DNA from: Candidatus Saccharimonadota bacterium
Lineage (GTDB): Bacteria > Patescibacteriota > Saccharimonadia > Saccharimonadales > Saccharimonadaceae
Length of the DNA: 59,385 bases
Direction: 5' to 3'
Assembly (NCBI GenBank): GCA_013332955.2
Contig: JABCPS020000021.1
Coordinates: forward strand, 1-59,385
Positions 29,600 through 38,719 of the stretch are shown here, piece by piece. A model generated the notes under the pieces. That model had not been told where the DNA came from, ran no database searches, and saw only the letters and a list, made by a program, of their open reading frames with translations. The stretch's first letter is position 1, and each line of letters starts with the position of its first letter. Both the position numbers and the translations under genes were made by a program.

Positions 29600-30310
29600 A
29601 TGAATCAAAAACGTATCGAGGAACTTGAGGCACGGCAACTTGCACTGCAAGAAGAGATGGAACCAAGGCGAAATGCCTGCATCGAAGCGTTAAATAAATT
29701 CATTGAATGTGAAGGGGATGAGAATAACCTTTCATTTGCTGTAGACTTCTATAAAAATTATCAGTCCAGTCTCAGAGAATCTATCAACGACCTAACCGAT
29801 GAGTCGAACGAGAAAGGTTTCCGCGATACACATCATCTTGAGGAATTGCTCAAAGCGTATGGAGCGACGATTCTATACTCGGAAAAGTTCCGAGAAGAAA
29901 CTGATTTTCTGATGGAGCTAATTAACTACCTCAGAGACACACTCGGAGTGGTCAGCACGGCTGGTCCGACTGGCGAAATTGCGCCGTATTCGAAAATTCT
30001 GAATATAATCGAAGCGAGATATAGCAAGGTTCTGTCCGAACAATCTGAGATGGTGATTGACAGAATGAATGTCGAGGCAGAGGTTTATGAAGAAAAGTCG
30101 AAGCCATCACGAGATGAATTAGAGCATCTTCAGGATAAGCTTAATTATTGCGACCTCAAGCTAGATTATTGCAGCGAAGAGCATAATAATCATACCGAAA
30201 AACGAGCTGCTGCAAATGAGGAACTTGATAAAACGAATCTAGCCCTCAATCAGTTAATTGATGAGGAAAAATCGGTAACCGAAGCGCTCGCCAAGCTGCA
30301 AAAAAAATAA
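29600..30310 (+). CDS. Hypothetical coiled-coil protein, probable paralog of the upstream gene
   Basis: Similar N-terminus (NQKRIEELE..EPRR vs NQRIKELQ..APRQ) and the same AGAAAGGT leader. Confidence 0.75.
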   Translation: MNQKRIEELEARQLALQEEMEPRRNACIEALNKFIECEGDENNLSFAVDFYKNYQSSLRESINDLTDESNEKGFRDTHHLEELLKAYGATILYSEKFREETDFLMELINYLRDTLGVVSTAGPTGEIAPYSKILNIIEARYSKVLSEQSEMVIDRMNVEAEVYEEKSKPSRDELEHLQDKLNYCDLKLDYCSEEHNNHTEKRAAANEELDKTNLALNQLIDEEKSVTEALAKLQKK

Positions 30311-30364
30311 ATCGACTTATGGTTATTACCATTTCAAAACCAACTAATCTCGGGGTATTACACC

Positions 30365-30392
30365 AAAAGACCAGTAAAGCTGGTCTTTTTTT
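30365..30392 (+). terminator. Intrinsic terminator after the coiled-coil gene pair
   Basis: AAAAGACCAG-taaag-CTGGTCTTTTTTT. Confidence 0.75.
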
Positions 30393-30465
30393 ATGGTTTT
30401 TTATGGTCTCTTTTATAGATTTTCCTGAAATTTCAACCAGGTAGCTAAATTCTTATGTTTTTCTC

Positions 30466-30494
30466 TTGACTTTAGAGAGGCATAAGGTTATTAT
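30466..30494 (+). promoter_or_regulatory. Sigma70-type promoter with no substantial downstream ORF
   Basis: TTGACT-17 bp-TATTAT. Confidence 0.7.
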
Positions 30495-30500
30495 AAACAT

Positions 30501-30644
30501 AAGCTGATACGCTTCACAGGGTTCCATTATGCAATTAGTGGAGTGTGGAGATTTCATTAAAAACAAAAATACGGATTAAAACAAACCAATGTGCCCTAGG
30601 GTGGGCGCGCATCAGCAAAAATATCCTCGCGAGAGGATATTTTT
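30501..30644 (+). ncRNA. Candidate orphan structured small RNA
   Basis: Lies between the promoter and a terminator. 5' GCTGAT pairs with 3' ATCAGC and an extended imperfect rod can be drawn. No recognisable family. Confidence 0.55.
30617..30644. terminator. Bidirectional terminator shared by the candidate sRNA and obg
   Basis: AAAAATATCCTC-gcga-GAGGATATTTTT. Confidence 0.8.
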
Positions 30645-30674
30645 CTTGGGATTAGTTTATTTAGTAATCTTTTT

Positions 30675-32003
30675 TTAGTAATCTTCTACAAGAGTAAAAT
30701 GCTTACCAGAAATTTCAATAATGGAGTCCGCTTTAGCGCCGCGCGTGGTAAGCTCAGCACGAATGCCAAGTTTTTTCATAATATCACGCAAGCGGTTAAC
30801 CGAGGCGTAATTCGAAAGATCAGTGCGACGAGCGAACTTTTCAATCTTTTCGCCAGTGACATGATAGACGCCTTTTTCATCTTGTGTAACCTGCCAGGCC
30901 TTCTTTAACTCGTGATGGCTGAGTGAGATAGTTGGGACTTCCGATTCATGATGCGAAATAATCGCGGTCTTAAATTCAACTGGCTTAGCACCGATTTGCT
31001 CGGCGGTAATTTCCTGCTGTTTTTGGTTCTCTTTGACGGCTGTGAGCAAAGCGCGAAGTAAATCGTCAAGATTTTGCTTAGCAACAGAAGAAATCGCAAA
31101 AATTTTGGCAGCTGGATTAACTTCGAGAATTGCCTGTTTTTGCATTTCAATAATTTCATCGTCGAGACCTTCACATTTTGTGAGTGCGACCACTTCGAAG
31201 CGATCCTTAAGGTCTGAGTATTTCTCCAATTCGTGACGAATCGTGCGATAAGCTTCGCCGGCGTCATCTTGATAAACGTCAATCAAGTGCAATAAGACAG
31301 CAGTACGATCCACATGGCGCAAGAAGTCGTGACCGAGACCACGGCCATCACTGGCGCCTTCGATAAGACCCGGAATATCCGCAATCAAAAGATCATGACG
31401 ATCGATAGTAGCCACCCCGAGATTAGGCGTAAGTGTAGTGAAGGCATAATCAGCAATTTCCGGTTTCGCATTAGTCACGCTGGCAAGAAAAGTGGACTTA
31501 CCAGCATTAGGTAAACCGACGAGACCCACATCAGCAAGAAGCTTGAGCTCAATTTCCGCTTCAAAAGCCTCGCCGGGTTCACCAACTTCAGCAATTACAG
31601 GAGTTTGGCGCACACTGGATTTAAAGTGAGCATTACCAAAACCGCCATCGCCACCCTTGGCAATCACGGCCTGCATGCCGTCTTCGGTGAGGTCGGCGAT
31701 GATTTGACCATCACGCTTCACTACGGTGCCAACTGGAACTTCGACGATAAGATTCTTTCCTGAGCGGCCATTGCTACGAGTACCGGAACCATTGCCACCA
31801 TCTGGTGCGGTGAGAATTGGATTAAAACGAAAATCGATTAAAGTATTAGTATCCTTATCGGCTTGAAAGATGATAGAGCCGCCTTTACCACCATTGCCGC
31901 CATCTGGGCCACCCTTATTAATGTAAATTTCATGACGAAAAGAGACGGCGCCATCGCCACCTTTTCCAGCCTTCAAACTCACTTTTGCCGTATCACAAAA
32001 CAT
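30675..32003 (-). CDS. obg: GTPase Obg/CgtA with C-terminal DUF1967-like domain
   Basis: Gly-rich N-domain GGPDGGNGGKGG; GLPNAGKST, YAFTTL and DIPGLIEGA motifs. Confidence 0.98.
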   Translation of the reverse strand: MFCDTAKVSLKAGKGGDGAVSFRHEIYINKGGPDGGNGGKGGSIIFQADKDTNTLIDFRFNPILTAPDGGNGSGTRSNGRSGKNLIVEVPVGTVVKRDGQIIADLTEDGMQAVIAKGGDGGFGNAHFKSSVRQTPVIAEVGEPGEAFEAEIELKLLADVGLVGLPNAGKSTFLASVTNAKPEIADYAFTTLTPNLGVATIDRHDLLIADIPGLIEGASDGRGLGHDFLRHVDRTAVLLHLIDVYQDDAGEAYRTIRHELEKYSDLKDRFEVVALTKCEGLDDEIIEMQKQAILEVNPAAKIFAISSVAKQNLDDLLRALLTAVKENQKQQEITAEQIGAKPVEFKTAIISHHESEVPTISLSHHELKKAWQVTQDEKGVYHVTGEKIEKFARRTDLSNYASVNRLRDIMKKLGIRAELTTRGAKADSIIEISGKHFTLVEDY

Positions 32004-32096
32004 ATTAGAGATATTTTAATATATTTTGGCGGAAAAAGACAGCATAAGCAGGAAGAATATCGCATACCTTTCTAAGGTTTTCTAATAAAGTAGACT

Positions 32097-33938
32097 TTAT
32101 GGTTTCGTAAAGGCTCCTCTTCGAGAGCTTCTCTCTCCAATACGCAGCCAAGTTTTATCTTTAAATGTTAGCATCTGTGGTCCAACATGATCTCTGACTT
32201 TGCGGCGTCCAGCAAAAATCCTTGCGCCTCCTTGCGGCGTAATATTAGAAACATCAAAATCCTCATTACAATAGATTCTTTCAAGTTGATCACTACCCGT
32301 TGCCCCCATTGCTACCCCTGGATCAAACCTCGAAAAGAGTTCAGTGACATTAGTGAGTTTTGGAGTCTTAAAGTTATCAATGTGAATCACTTGGATAGCC
32401 GGCATCAATGCAAACATTCTCTCCATAGTTTCCACATTTTCGGTACGAAAACTACTTAAGTCTAGTTCAGTTAAACGTGAGCCGCCTTCAAAGAGGGAGG
32501 ACATATTCGTTACATTGCTAGTATCAAACGTAGAAAGATTGATACTCATAAGACCACTCATGCCATAGAACATTGATCTCATAATCTTGAGTTTCGGGGT
32601 CCTAAAACTAGACAAATCTAAGGTTCCTAATGAATTACAGTTCCAAAACATACCATCCATGTTTTCAACTTTTTCCGTATTGAAATTTTTCAGTCCTACT
32701 ATTTGATGGAGTGCGGTCATGTTACTAAACATTCCGTACATATCTACAACGTTCGAAGTGTCAAATTTTTCTAAAATAATAGCACCAAGTTTAGTTGCAC
32801 GCCTAAACATATAGCGCATAGTCGTGACATTTTTGGTATTGATGTTTGAGAAGTCAACACTGGTTAAATCAGTACAACCTTCAAACATACGTGACATATC
32901 AGTAACATTTTCAGTATTAAAACCATTAAATGAGATATGAGAAGTACGTGCATTATAGCCAAATATCCCAGCCATATTCGTCACGCTTTTTGCATTGAGA
33001 CCAGAAGTATCAATATTATAGACTTTTTCTAAGCCAGAAAACATTTCAGTCATAATTTTAGTGTAACTGGCGTCAAAATCATTTAAATTTAGGACTTGAA
33101 GTCCACTGAGATTTTTAAAAGCACGCGAACTATCTTCGTGAAAATAGATTTTGTCAGCTTCGGTATAATAATACAGAGTAAAAGTGTCTGCTTGATACCA
33201 GATTTTTATATCACAGTCACTTTTGTCAGGATTACTAACTTCGCGGACATCTACGCCAGCCGCTGGAGGAGTGGCACTTCGAGCAAATTGCTTAATGTTC
33301 GTACCACCTGAAGATACGGATTTTACCATAGTATTAAAATCTAGACCATTAACCAAATGCGCGGCTAATTCATAAGGATTTGCAATCACAGAATAAACCA
33401 AGCTATTTTTATAAGTCCCTGGCATTAGGTTTTCACCCACTTTAACTGCAAGATGCAAAAGATGTGTAGCTTGGCTTTCGGATTTTTGGTTAGTCTGAGC
33501 AATGGTTTTTGGTTCAGACAATTTCGGTATAGCGTTATAGTTTGTCCCCGTGTCCGTCTGGTAACCCCAAGTATTGGCGGATAAACTAGTATCGGCAGAA
33601 GCAATAGAAGAAATTTTAATCGAAAGTGCGGTATTCGTGTTTTTCAAATCCGTCTCATCGGATGAAGCACTGAGAGTGACGGTATAGCCAGCTCGGGCAT
33701 TAGTTTTCACAGAAAGCTTGGATAGTTTACTGAGAGAAACTTCATTAATCAAATCTGATCCAGAGAAATCAAAATCAAGGTTTTCCTTGTCGAGAGAAGC
33801 AGTTAAAGTTGGGTCGACTGCAAAACTAGAATGGGTAAATAAAACACTATTAGAAATAATCGCTGATAGAAGACACAAAATTCCGAGCAAAATAGCTTGT
33901 TTTTCTGTAAAAAAAATGTTTCGCAGTTTTCTCTCCAT
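32097..33938 (-). CDS. BspA-like / DUF285 LRR surface protein
   Basis: Signal peptide, shared N-domain (SVKTNARAGY..NTWGY..PGTYKNSLVYSVIAN) and about 10 LRR units. Confidence 0.9.
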   Translation of the reverse strand: MERKLRNIFFTEKQAILLGILCLLSAIISNSVLFTHSSFAVDPTLTASLDKENLDFDFSGSDLINEVSLSKLSKLSVKTNARAGYTVTLSASSDETDLKNTNTALSIKISSIASADTSLSANTWGYQTDTGTNYNAIPKLSEPKTIAQTNQKSESQATHLLHLAVKVGENLMPGTYKNSLVYSVIANPYELAAHLVNGLDFNTMVKSVSSGGTNIKQFARSATPPAAGVDVREVSNPDKSDCDIKIWYQADTFTLYYYTEADKIYFHEDSSRAFKNLSGLQVLNLNDFDASYTKIMTEMFSGLEKVYNIDTSGLNAKSVTNMAGIFGYNARTSHISFNGFNTENVTDMSRMFEGCTDLTSVDFSNINTKNVTTMRYMFRRATKLGAIILEKFDTSNVVDMYGMFSNMTALHQIVGLKNFNTEKVENMDGMFWNCNSLGTLDLSSFRTPKLKIMRSMFYGMSGLMSINLSTFDTSNVTNMSSLFEGGSRLTELDLSSFRTENVETMERMFALMPAIQVIHIDNFKTPKLTNVTELFSRFDPGVAMGATGSDQLERIYCNEDFDVSNITPQGGARIFAGRRKVRDHVGPQMLTFKDKTWLRIGERSSRRGAFTKP

Positions 33939-34023
33939 ACCCTGATACTAACATAAGTAATATGGAATTACAGCTTGATTTAAGAACGGTAATATTTCCT
34001 TCTAATTGACAGAAGGAAATATT

Positions 34024-35169
34024 TTAGCGTCCGTGAATAAAGAGATATTTAGCATATTCGCCTGGTCCAATAGTGTAAGAACCAACCACGCCCCAACCGG
34101 CACGACCATTCATGTCAGAAATGGTAATCGTACCATCAGCATTTACTGAGTCCACAATGCCTACGTGACCATAATAACCACTGTTGGTCTGGAAGATATC
34201 GCCAGCTTGTGGATTAGTACCACGACTGGTTGGGAAGAGACCAGAAAGGGCGTAACCCCAAGTATTGGCATTACCAAGACCACCCGGAAGAATATAGCTC
34301 GACCCCATAGCAGCACGGCGTTCCCAGGTATACCAAGTACACCAACCCCATGGCATCGGATTTCTCGAAGTAGAATAGGTGCGATAAGATGAGACTGAAT
34401 AAGAAGAACTACCGGAATAGGAAGAATTACCGGAATAGGAAGGAGTCGAACGCACGACCGGTGCCACATAGTCTGGGCGCTCGGTGTTCGGCAACTCACC
34501 ATTTGGCAATAAGATAGCTTGTCCTTCAGTTAAGGTCTGATCTAGCTCGAGGTTATTTGATGTAATAATTTCATCGACGGAAGATTTATATTTTTCGGCA
34601 ATCGAAGCGACGGTTTCGCCAGATTTCACCGTATAAACGATACCCGCACGTGATGGGATATAGATCGATTCGCCAACTTTCGGCACATAGGAAGCCTTAA
34701 ATTTATTAGACCAGCGAATCATATTAATATCAACACCACAGGAAGCGTATTTGGCAGCCAAAGTATCGAGAGTTTCACTTTCTGCCATAATATGCTTGAT
34801 CACGCCAACCTTGGCACAGGCAGCAAGATTCAAAGTGGTAGGTTTTTCCATTTTTTCAACAGAAGCCTGACCGGATTGCTGAAGAACAGTGAAAGAGTTG
34901 TAATTGACATTTAAGACGTCAGAAGAGGCCAAACTCATAGTGTTAGCGAGTTCAGACACCATATAAAATTCAGAAAGTTGGTCGGCAGAGATGGCATAAT
35001 CTTTTTTGGAAATGGATTCTAAGTTCGGACTGGAATTATCGTCGGACTGTTGTTTATCCTTGGAGCCAACAAAAGCCACACCAAAAATCAGAACAGATAG
35101 GGCGAAATAAGGAAATATCTTGGTGAGGAAGTAATTTAAGCTAAATTGTGATCGTTTTTTCTTTGTCAT
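34024..35169 (-). CDS. LysM + CHAP domain peptidoglycan hydrolase
   Basis: N-terminal TM; YTVKSGETVASIAEKY LysM; Ser-rich linker; GWCTWY..GNANTW..GHVGIV CHAP motifs. Confidence 0.92.
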   Translation of the reverse strand: MTKKKRSQFSLNYFLTKIFPYFALSVLIFGVAFVGSKDKQQSDDNSSPNLESISKKDYAISADQLSEFYMVSELANTMSLASSDVLNVNYNSFTVLQQSGQASVEKMEKPTTLNLAACAKVGVIKHIMAESETLDTLAAKYASCGVDINMIRWSNKFKASYVPKVGESIYIPSRAGIVYTVKSGETVASIAEKYKSSVDEIITSNNLELDQTLTEGQAILLPNGELPNTERPDYVAPVVRSTPSYSGNSSYSGSSSYSVSSYRTYSTSRNPMPWGWCTWYTWERRAAMGSSYILPGGLGNANTWGYALSGLFPTSRGTNPQAGDIFQTNSGYYGHVGIVDSVNADGTITISDMNGRAGWGVVGSYTIGPGEYAKYLFIHGR

Positions 35170-35188
35170 AATTAGCCGGTCGCTGCCC

Positions 35189-36946
35189 CTAAATTTGCAC
35201 CTTACAGAGTTTCTGACAGTGGTCGCGAATCTTCTGATTGTGCTCAGCGTCGGTTCTACTATAATACATGAGACCGTCGTCGCCTGTCAAGAAATAAAGC
35301 ATAGAGGCTTTCGAACTATCTGGTTCAGCTACCGCGAGAAGTGCGGCTTTAGAGGGGACTGCGATAGGTCCTGGAGGTAGACCTGGGAACTTACGAGTGT
35401 TATAAAGACTGTTGACGGCTAAAATATCGGCATTGGTGGCATTAGTACGATCAATGCCAGTAATATCGGCGGCATAAGTCGCAGTCACATCAGAACCCAA
35501 TGCAATCCCCTGTTTTAAACGATTTTGAAAAACCATCGAAACCCCTGGCATATCTTCCGTGTTGGCTTCTTTTTGAATAATGGAAGCAAGAGTGATACCC
35601 TCACGCAAAGTAAAACCGCGAGCTTTAAACTTTTCTTCTAATTGATTAGAAACCACCACGTCATTAATTTGGTTCAGAATCGTGGTAATGACATTTTCGA
35701 GTTTTTCATGGTTGTAAAATTGATAAGTTTCACCATAAAGATAGCCTTCAAGGGCTAATTTCGCGGGAATATCTGGGTTAGAAAGTTTATTTTCGTCCGC
35801 ATAGAGACCCTTCAAAACAGGATTATCGTAGTGCTTAGTGAGAGCTTGATTAATTTCTTCTTCGGAATAGCCCAGGGTGCGGAACTGATGAATGATGCCA
35901 GTTTGTGATTTACCTTTATCGCCAAGCAAGTTTGTGCCTGGTAGGATTGTTAGATTAAAAACATCAGAAGAAACCACACCATTCACTAATTGTTTAGCGA
36001 TGGCACGAGCTGACATGGTTTTACGAAAACTGTATTTACCGGTTTTTAGTTTGGCGTGAAGATTATTAATGCGAGCATAAAGCTCAAAAGCCAGAGGATT
36101 TCTAATTAAATCGGCCTGCTTGAGATTATTCGCGATTTGCTTAACGGACTCACCAGCGCTAATTTCAATAGTTTGATATTCACAGACGGAGTTTGACTCT
36201 TTTTCATTAGATTCAGCGGCGGCCTTGGCGGAATCAAAACGGCAATTAGCCGAAGAGACCGGTTGTAAGGAATACCAATAATACCCACCACCAAATAGCC
36301 CCGCAAGAAATAGCAAAATAAAGAATGAGAGTAAGATACGTTTAACTTTTTTCATAGGTTTTTCCGAGCTTTTGGCTGGCCTGGGAGACTCCGAAGATTC
36401 AGGCTCCGATTTAGTGGGCTCATTAATAATAGATTGAACTTCTGGTGATCCGAGCGTGGCAGCAGGACTCGCAGATGGGTCTATATTGACAGCAGAACTC
36501 GCTAGTTGATTCGGAATTTTGACTGCAGAATTTTGAGCAAGCTTAGCGGCATAATGTTCGATAAAATCCTGCAAAATAATACTGGCAGCTTCGGCATCGA
36601 TTTCGCCTTTTTCAAAATTCTTTTTGCGTTTTTTCAGACGCTCCTCGGCCACCACAGAAGTGAGCGATTCATCTTGAAAATAAATACGGGCACCCGGCAT
36701 AGAGGCAGCGAGAGTATCGGCAAATTTGCGGGCATAGGCTGACTGGGCGGTTTCATTGCCGTCATTACTGCGAGGTAGACCCACGACGAAGAAATTAGTA
36801 TCATTTAGTCTGGCAATACGGAGAATTTCCGGAATTTCTTGGCCATTCACCAAGACATAGCCATTCGGGATAGCGATGCGAACAGAAGTATCCGCTTTCG
36901 CTACGCCGATACGCTTGGTGCCCACATCTAAACCAATAATGCGCAT
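35189..36946 (-). CDS. Fusion of RuvX/YqgF RNase-H-fold nuclease and endolytic transglycosylase MltG (YceG)
   Basis: N-terminal IIGLDVGTKRIGVA..VVGLP..QDESLTS..IDAEAASIILQ. Linker and TM helix, then LEGYLY, LASIIQKE, YNTR..GLPPGPI and LYFL. Confidence 0.92.
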   Translation of the reverse strand: MRIIGLDVGTKRIGVAKADTSVRIAIPNGYVLVNGQEIPEILRIARLNDTNFFVVGLPRSNDGNETAQSAYARKFADTLAASMPGARIYFQDESLTSVVAEERLKKRKKNFEKGEIDAEAASIILQDFIEHYAAKLAQNSAVKIPNQLASSAVNIDPSASPAATLGSPEVQSIINEPTKSEPESSESPRPAKSSEKPMKKVKRILLSFFILLFLAGLFGGGYYWYSLQPVSSANCRFDSAKAAAESNEKESNSVCEYQTIEISAGESVKQIANNLKQADLIRNPLAFELYARINNLHAKLKTGKYSFRKTMSARAIAKQLVNGVVSSDVFNLTILPGTNLLGDKGKSQTGIIHQFRTLGYSEEEINQALTKHYDNPVLKGLYADENKLSNPDIPAKLALEGYLYGETYQFYNHEKLENVITTILNQINDVVVSNQLEEKFKARGFTLREGITLASIIQKEANTEDMPGVSMVFQNRLKQGIALGSDVTATYAADITGIDRTNATNADILAVNSLYNTRKFPGLPPGPIAVPSKAALLAVAEPDSSKASMLYFLTGDDGLMYYSRTDAEHNQKIRDHCQKLCKVQI

Positions 36947-38661
36947 TAGTTCTCTACCGTGATTTTAATTGATACTTTATTGGCGTCGTTTGGAATTTGA
37001 CGCACCCATGGGAAGGAAGTATTCACTTCAACATCAGAAACGCCATTGATGGATTTAATTAAAGTAGTCACTTCGCCAACTTTTTTGCCGAGGGATTTTT
37101 CGAGTACAGATTGTTCGGTGACTTCTGGACCAGTTTTCAAGGTAGCCTTAATCTTAGCAGTTACGGAATTATTTTTGTTTTGGAATTTTTCAATGAAAAT
37201 ATTGCCAGTTTCGTAGATTTTCTGATCACTACCGAGACGAGTAGAGACCACAGACTTAACATATTCTTCAATTGCTGCCTTATCGACATAATTTACACTA
37301 TAAGTAGTTTTGGCCGTGAGCTTGGCTTTACCATTCTCGGTTGGCTGATCGACGGCAGGACTGGAAGTCGGATCGGCAGTAACTTTTTTGTAGCTATCTT
37401 CAATTTTAATATCGTCAGAAGGCACTTTTTCGAATAATTCCTCTTTTACGCCATCAGCTTCGGTTAGTTTTTCCTTAGCCTTGGTGATATCAGAAGCGGT
37501 GACAATTTTTTGAATCTTATCAGTACCACCCTTAAACGCGGAATTAGCATAGCCCTCAACTCCAGCTACGGAAGATTGCCAGCCGGAGCTAACAGCTTCA
37601 ATATTATACTTCGCACCACCTTCGATTGCGGTAGCTTTCACGGTTTTAGCCACCTGACATTTACCACTATGGCGACCGGCGTCACAATTCGAGATTGAGC
37701 CGTCCCAATAAATTTTTACCTCTTGATTGGTTAAGAAATTGAGATTGCGATAGGCAAATGCGGAACCTTGAGGAACAGTCGCAACATCTGGTCTAGAAGC
37801 CGTAGCAGTAGTAGTTGACATGTCGAAGGTCGCGATGAGACGTAATTCACCCGTGGCCTTATCGCCAACGTTTTTCTCGCCAGTAGCTTCAAATTCAACC
37901 TCAGAGTTCTTCTCGAGACTCGCGGTTTCGAGGAAGAATTTGCCATCTTTCGAGACGGCTTGCTTGGCATCAGTGACAAAAGAAACATTTTCGGAGAAAT
38001 TCTCAGCGATGGTCTTAATTTTGACGGAAATCTTGGCGGCAGGTGCCAGAATAAAGGCCCAGACAAAACTTCCGATCAAAAGGACCGCGGCCACTACACC
38101 GATAATAATACGGTTTTTCAATGAATCGAGAGTGAGAATCTTTTTTGGCTGATTATCCGCTTCTTCATCCTCAGAATTCTTCGCGACTTCTTCGGAATCC
38201 AGATTCATAGTGGAATTTTTCGTAAGATTCGAGGTGGTATTCGCACGATTAGCGGCGTCTTCATTAGCAGTGCGGACACGAGAAACACTACTGGACGGAG
38301 CGGCCTTTTCGTTAATTTCGATTTCATCATTTACCCCCGCCTTCTTGGCCTTAGCGGGATATTCAAGATCCGCTTCATTAAATTCAGAAGGCAAGGTCGG
38401 GCGTGAACTCAAATTCTTGGCAAATGGCAGACTTGAAAGCGCCGCCATTTTCATGAGGGTCGGATCAGTAGTGACCACCACGATGGCCTTGTCATGCATT
38501 TTGGCAGTGCGAGCGATTAGTTTAAGGTTAATAGAGCTGCGCAAAACGTTCAACTTTTTCGGTGGAACAAGTGCAATAATTTTCTGTTTGGAAGCTTTGA
38601 TATGGTTGATAATATCAGTAATATCATCCTCGGGCTCGATGTAAAAAGTGTCCTTATTCAT
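36946..38661 (-). CDS. Conserved CPR-type single-pass membrane protein (extracellular part baseplate-J-like)
   Basis: FYIEPEDDIT..LRSSINLKLI N-domain, TM helix, ATGEKNVG-KATG..GAKYNI..FKGGT. Confidence 0.75.
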   Translation of the reverse strand: MNKDTFYIEPEDDITDIINHIKASKQKIIALVPPKKLNVLRSSINLKLIARTAKMHDKAIVVVTTDPTLMKMAALSSLPFAKNLSSRPTLPSEFNEADLEYPAKAKKAGVNDEIEINEKAAPSSSVSRVRTANEDAANRANTTSNLTKNSTMNLDSEEVAKNSEDEEADNQPKKILTLDSLKNRIIIGVVAAVLLIGSFVWAFILAPAAKISVKIKTIAENFSENVSFVTDAKQAVSKDGKFFLETASLEKNSEVEFEATGEKNVGDKATGELRLIATFDMSTTTATASRPDVATVPQGSAFAYRNLNFLTNQEVKIYWDGSISNCDAGRHSGKCQVAKTVKATAIEGGAKYNIEAVSSGWQSSVAGVEGYANSAFKGGTDKIQKIVTASDITKAKEKLTEADGVKEELFEKVPSDDIKIEDSYKKVTADPTSSPAVDQPTENGKAKLTAKTTYSVNYVDKAAIEEYVKSVVSTRLGSDQKIYETGNIFIEKFQNKNNSVTAKIKATLKTGPEVTEQSVLEKSLGKKVGEVTTLIKSINGVSDVEVNTSFPWVRQIPNDANKVSIKITVEN

Positions 38662-38719
38662 ACATCGATTTTAACATATATTTGCACTGAACCAATAAGT
38701 TTATGCTAAAATAAACTTA

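Noticed and set aside
30529..30579. 16-codon ORF MQLVECGDFIKNKNTD inside the candidate sRNA
   Set aside because: It has no SD, does not start at the predicted transcription start, and its ATG lies in a paired region. It is kept only as an alternative explanation.
30661..30685. Exact 11-bp duplication of the obg stop region; similar short repeats at the tuf SD (~5037-5066) and after uvrC
   Set aside because: Identical short direct repeats are explained by ordinary slippage, unlike the recoded duplicates reported above.
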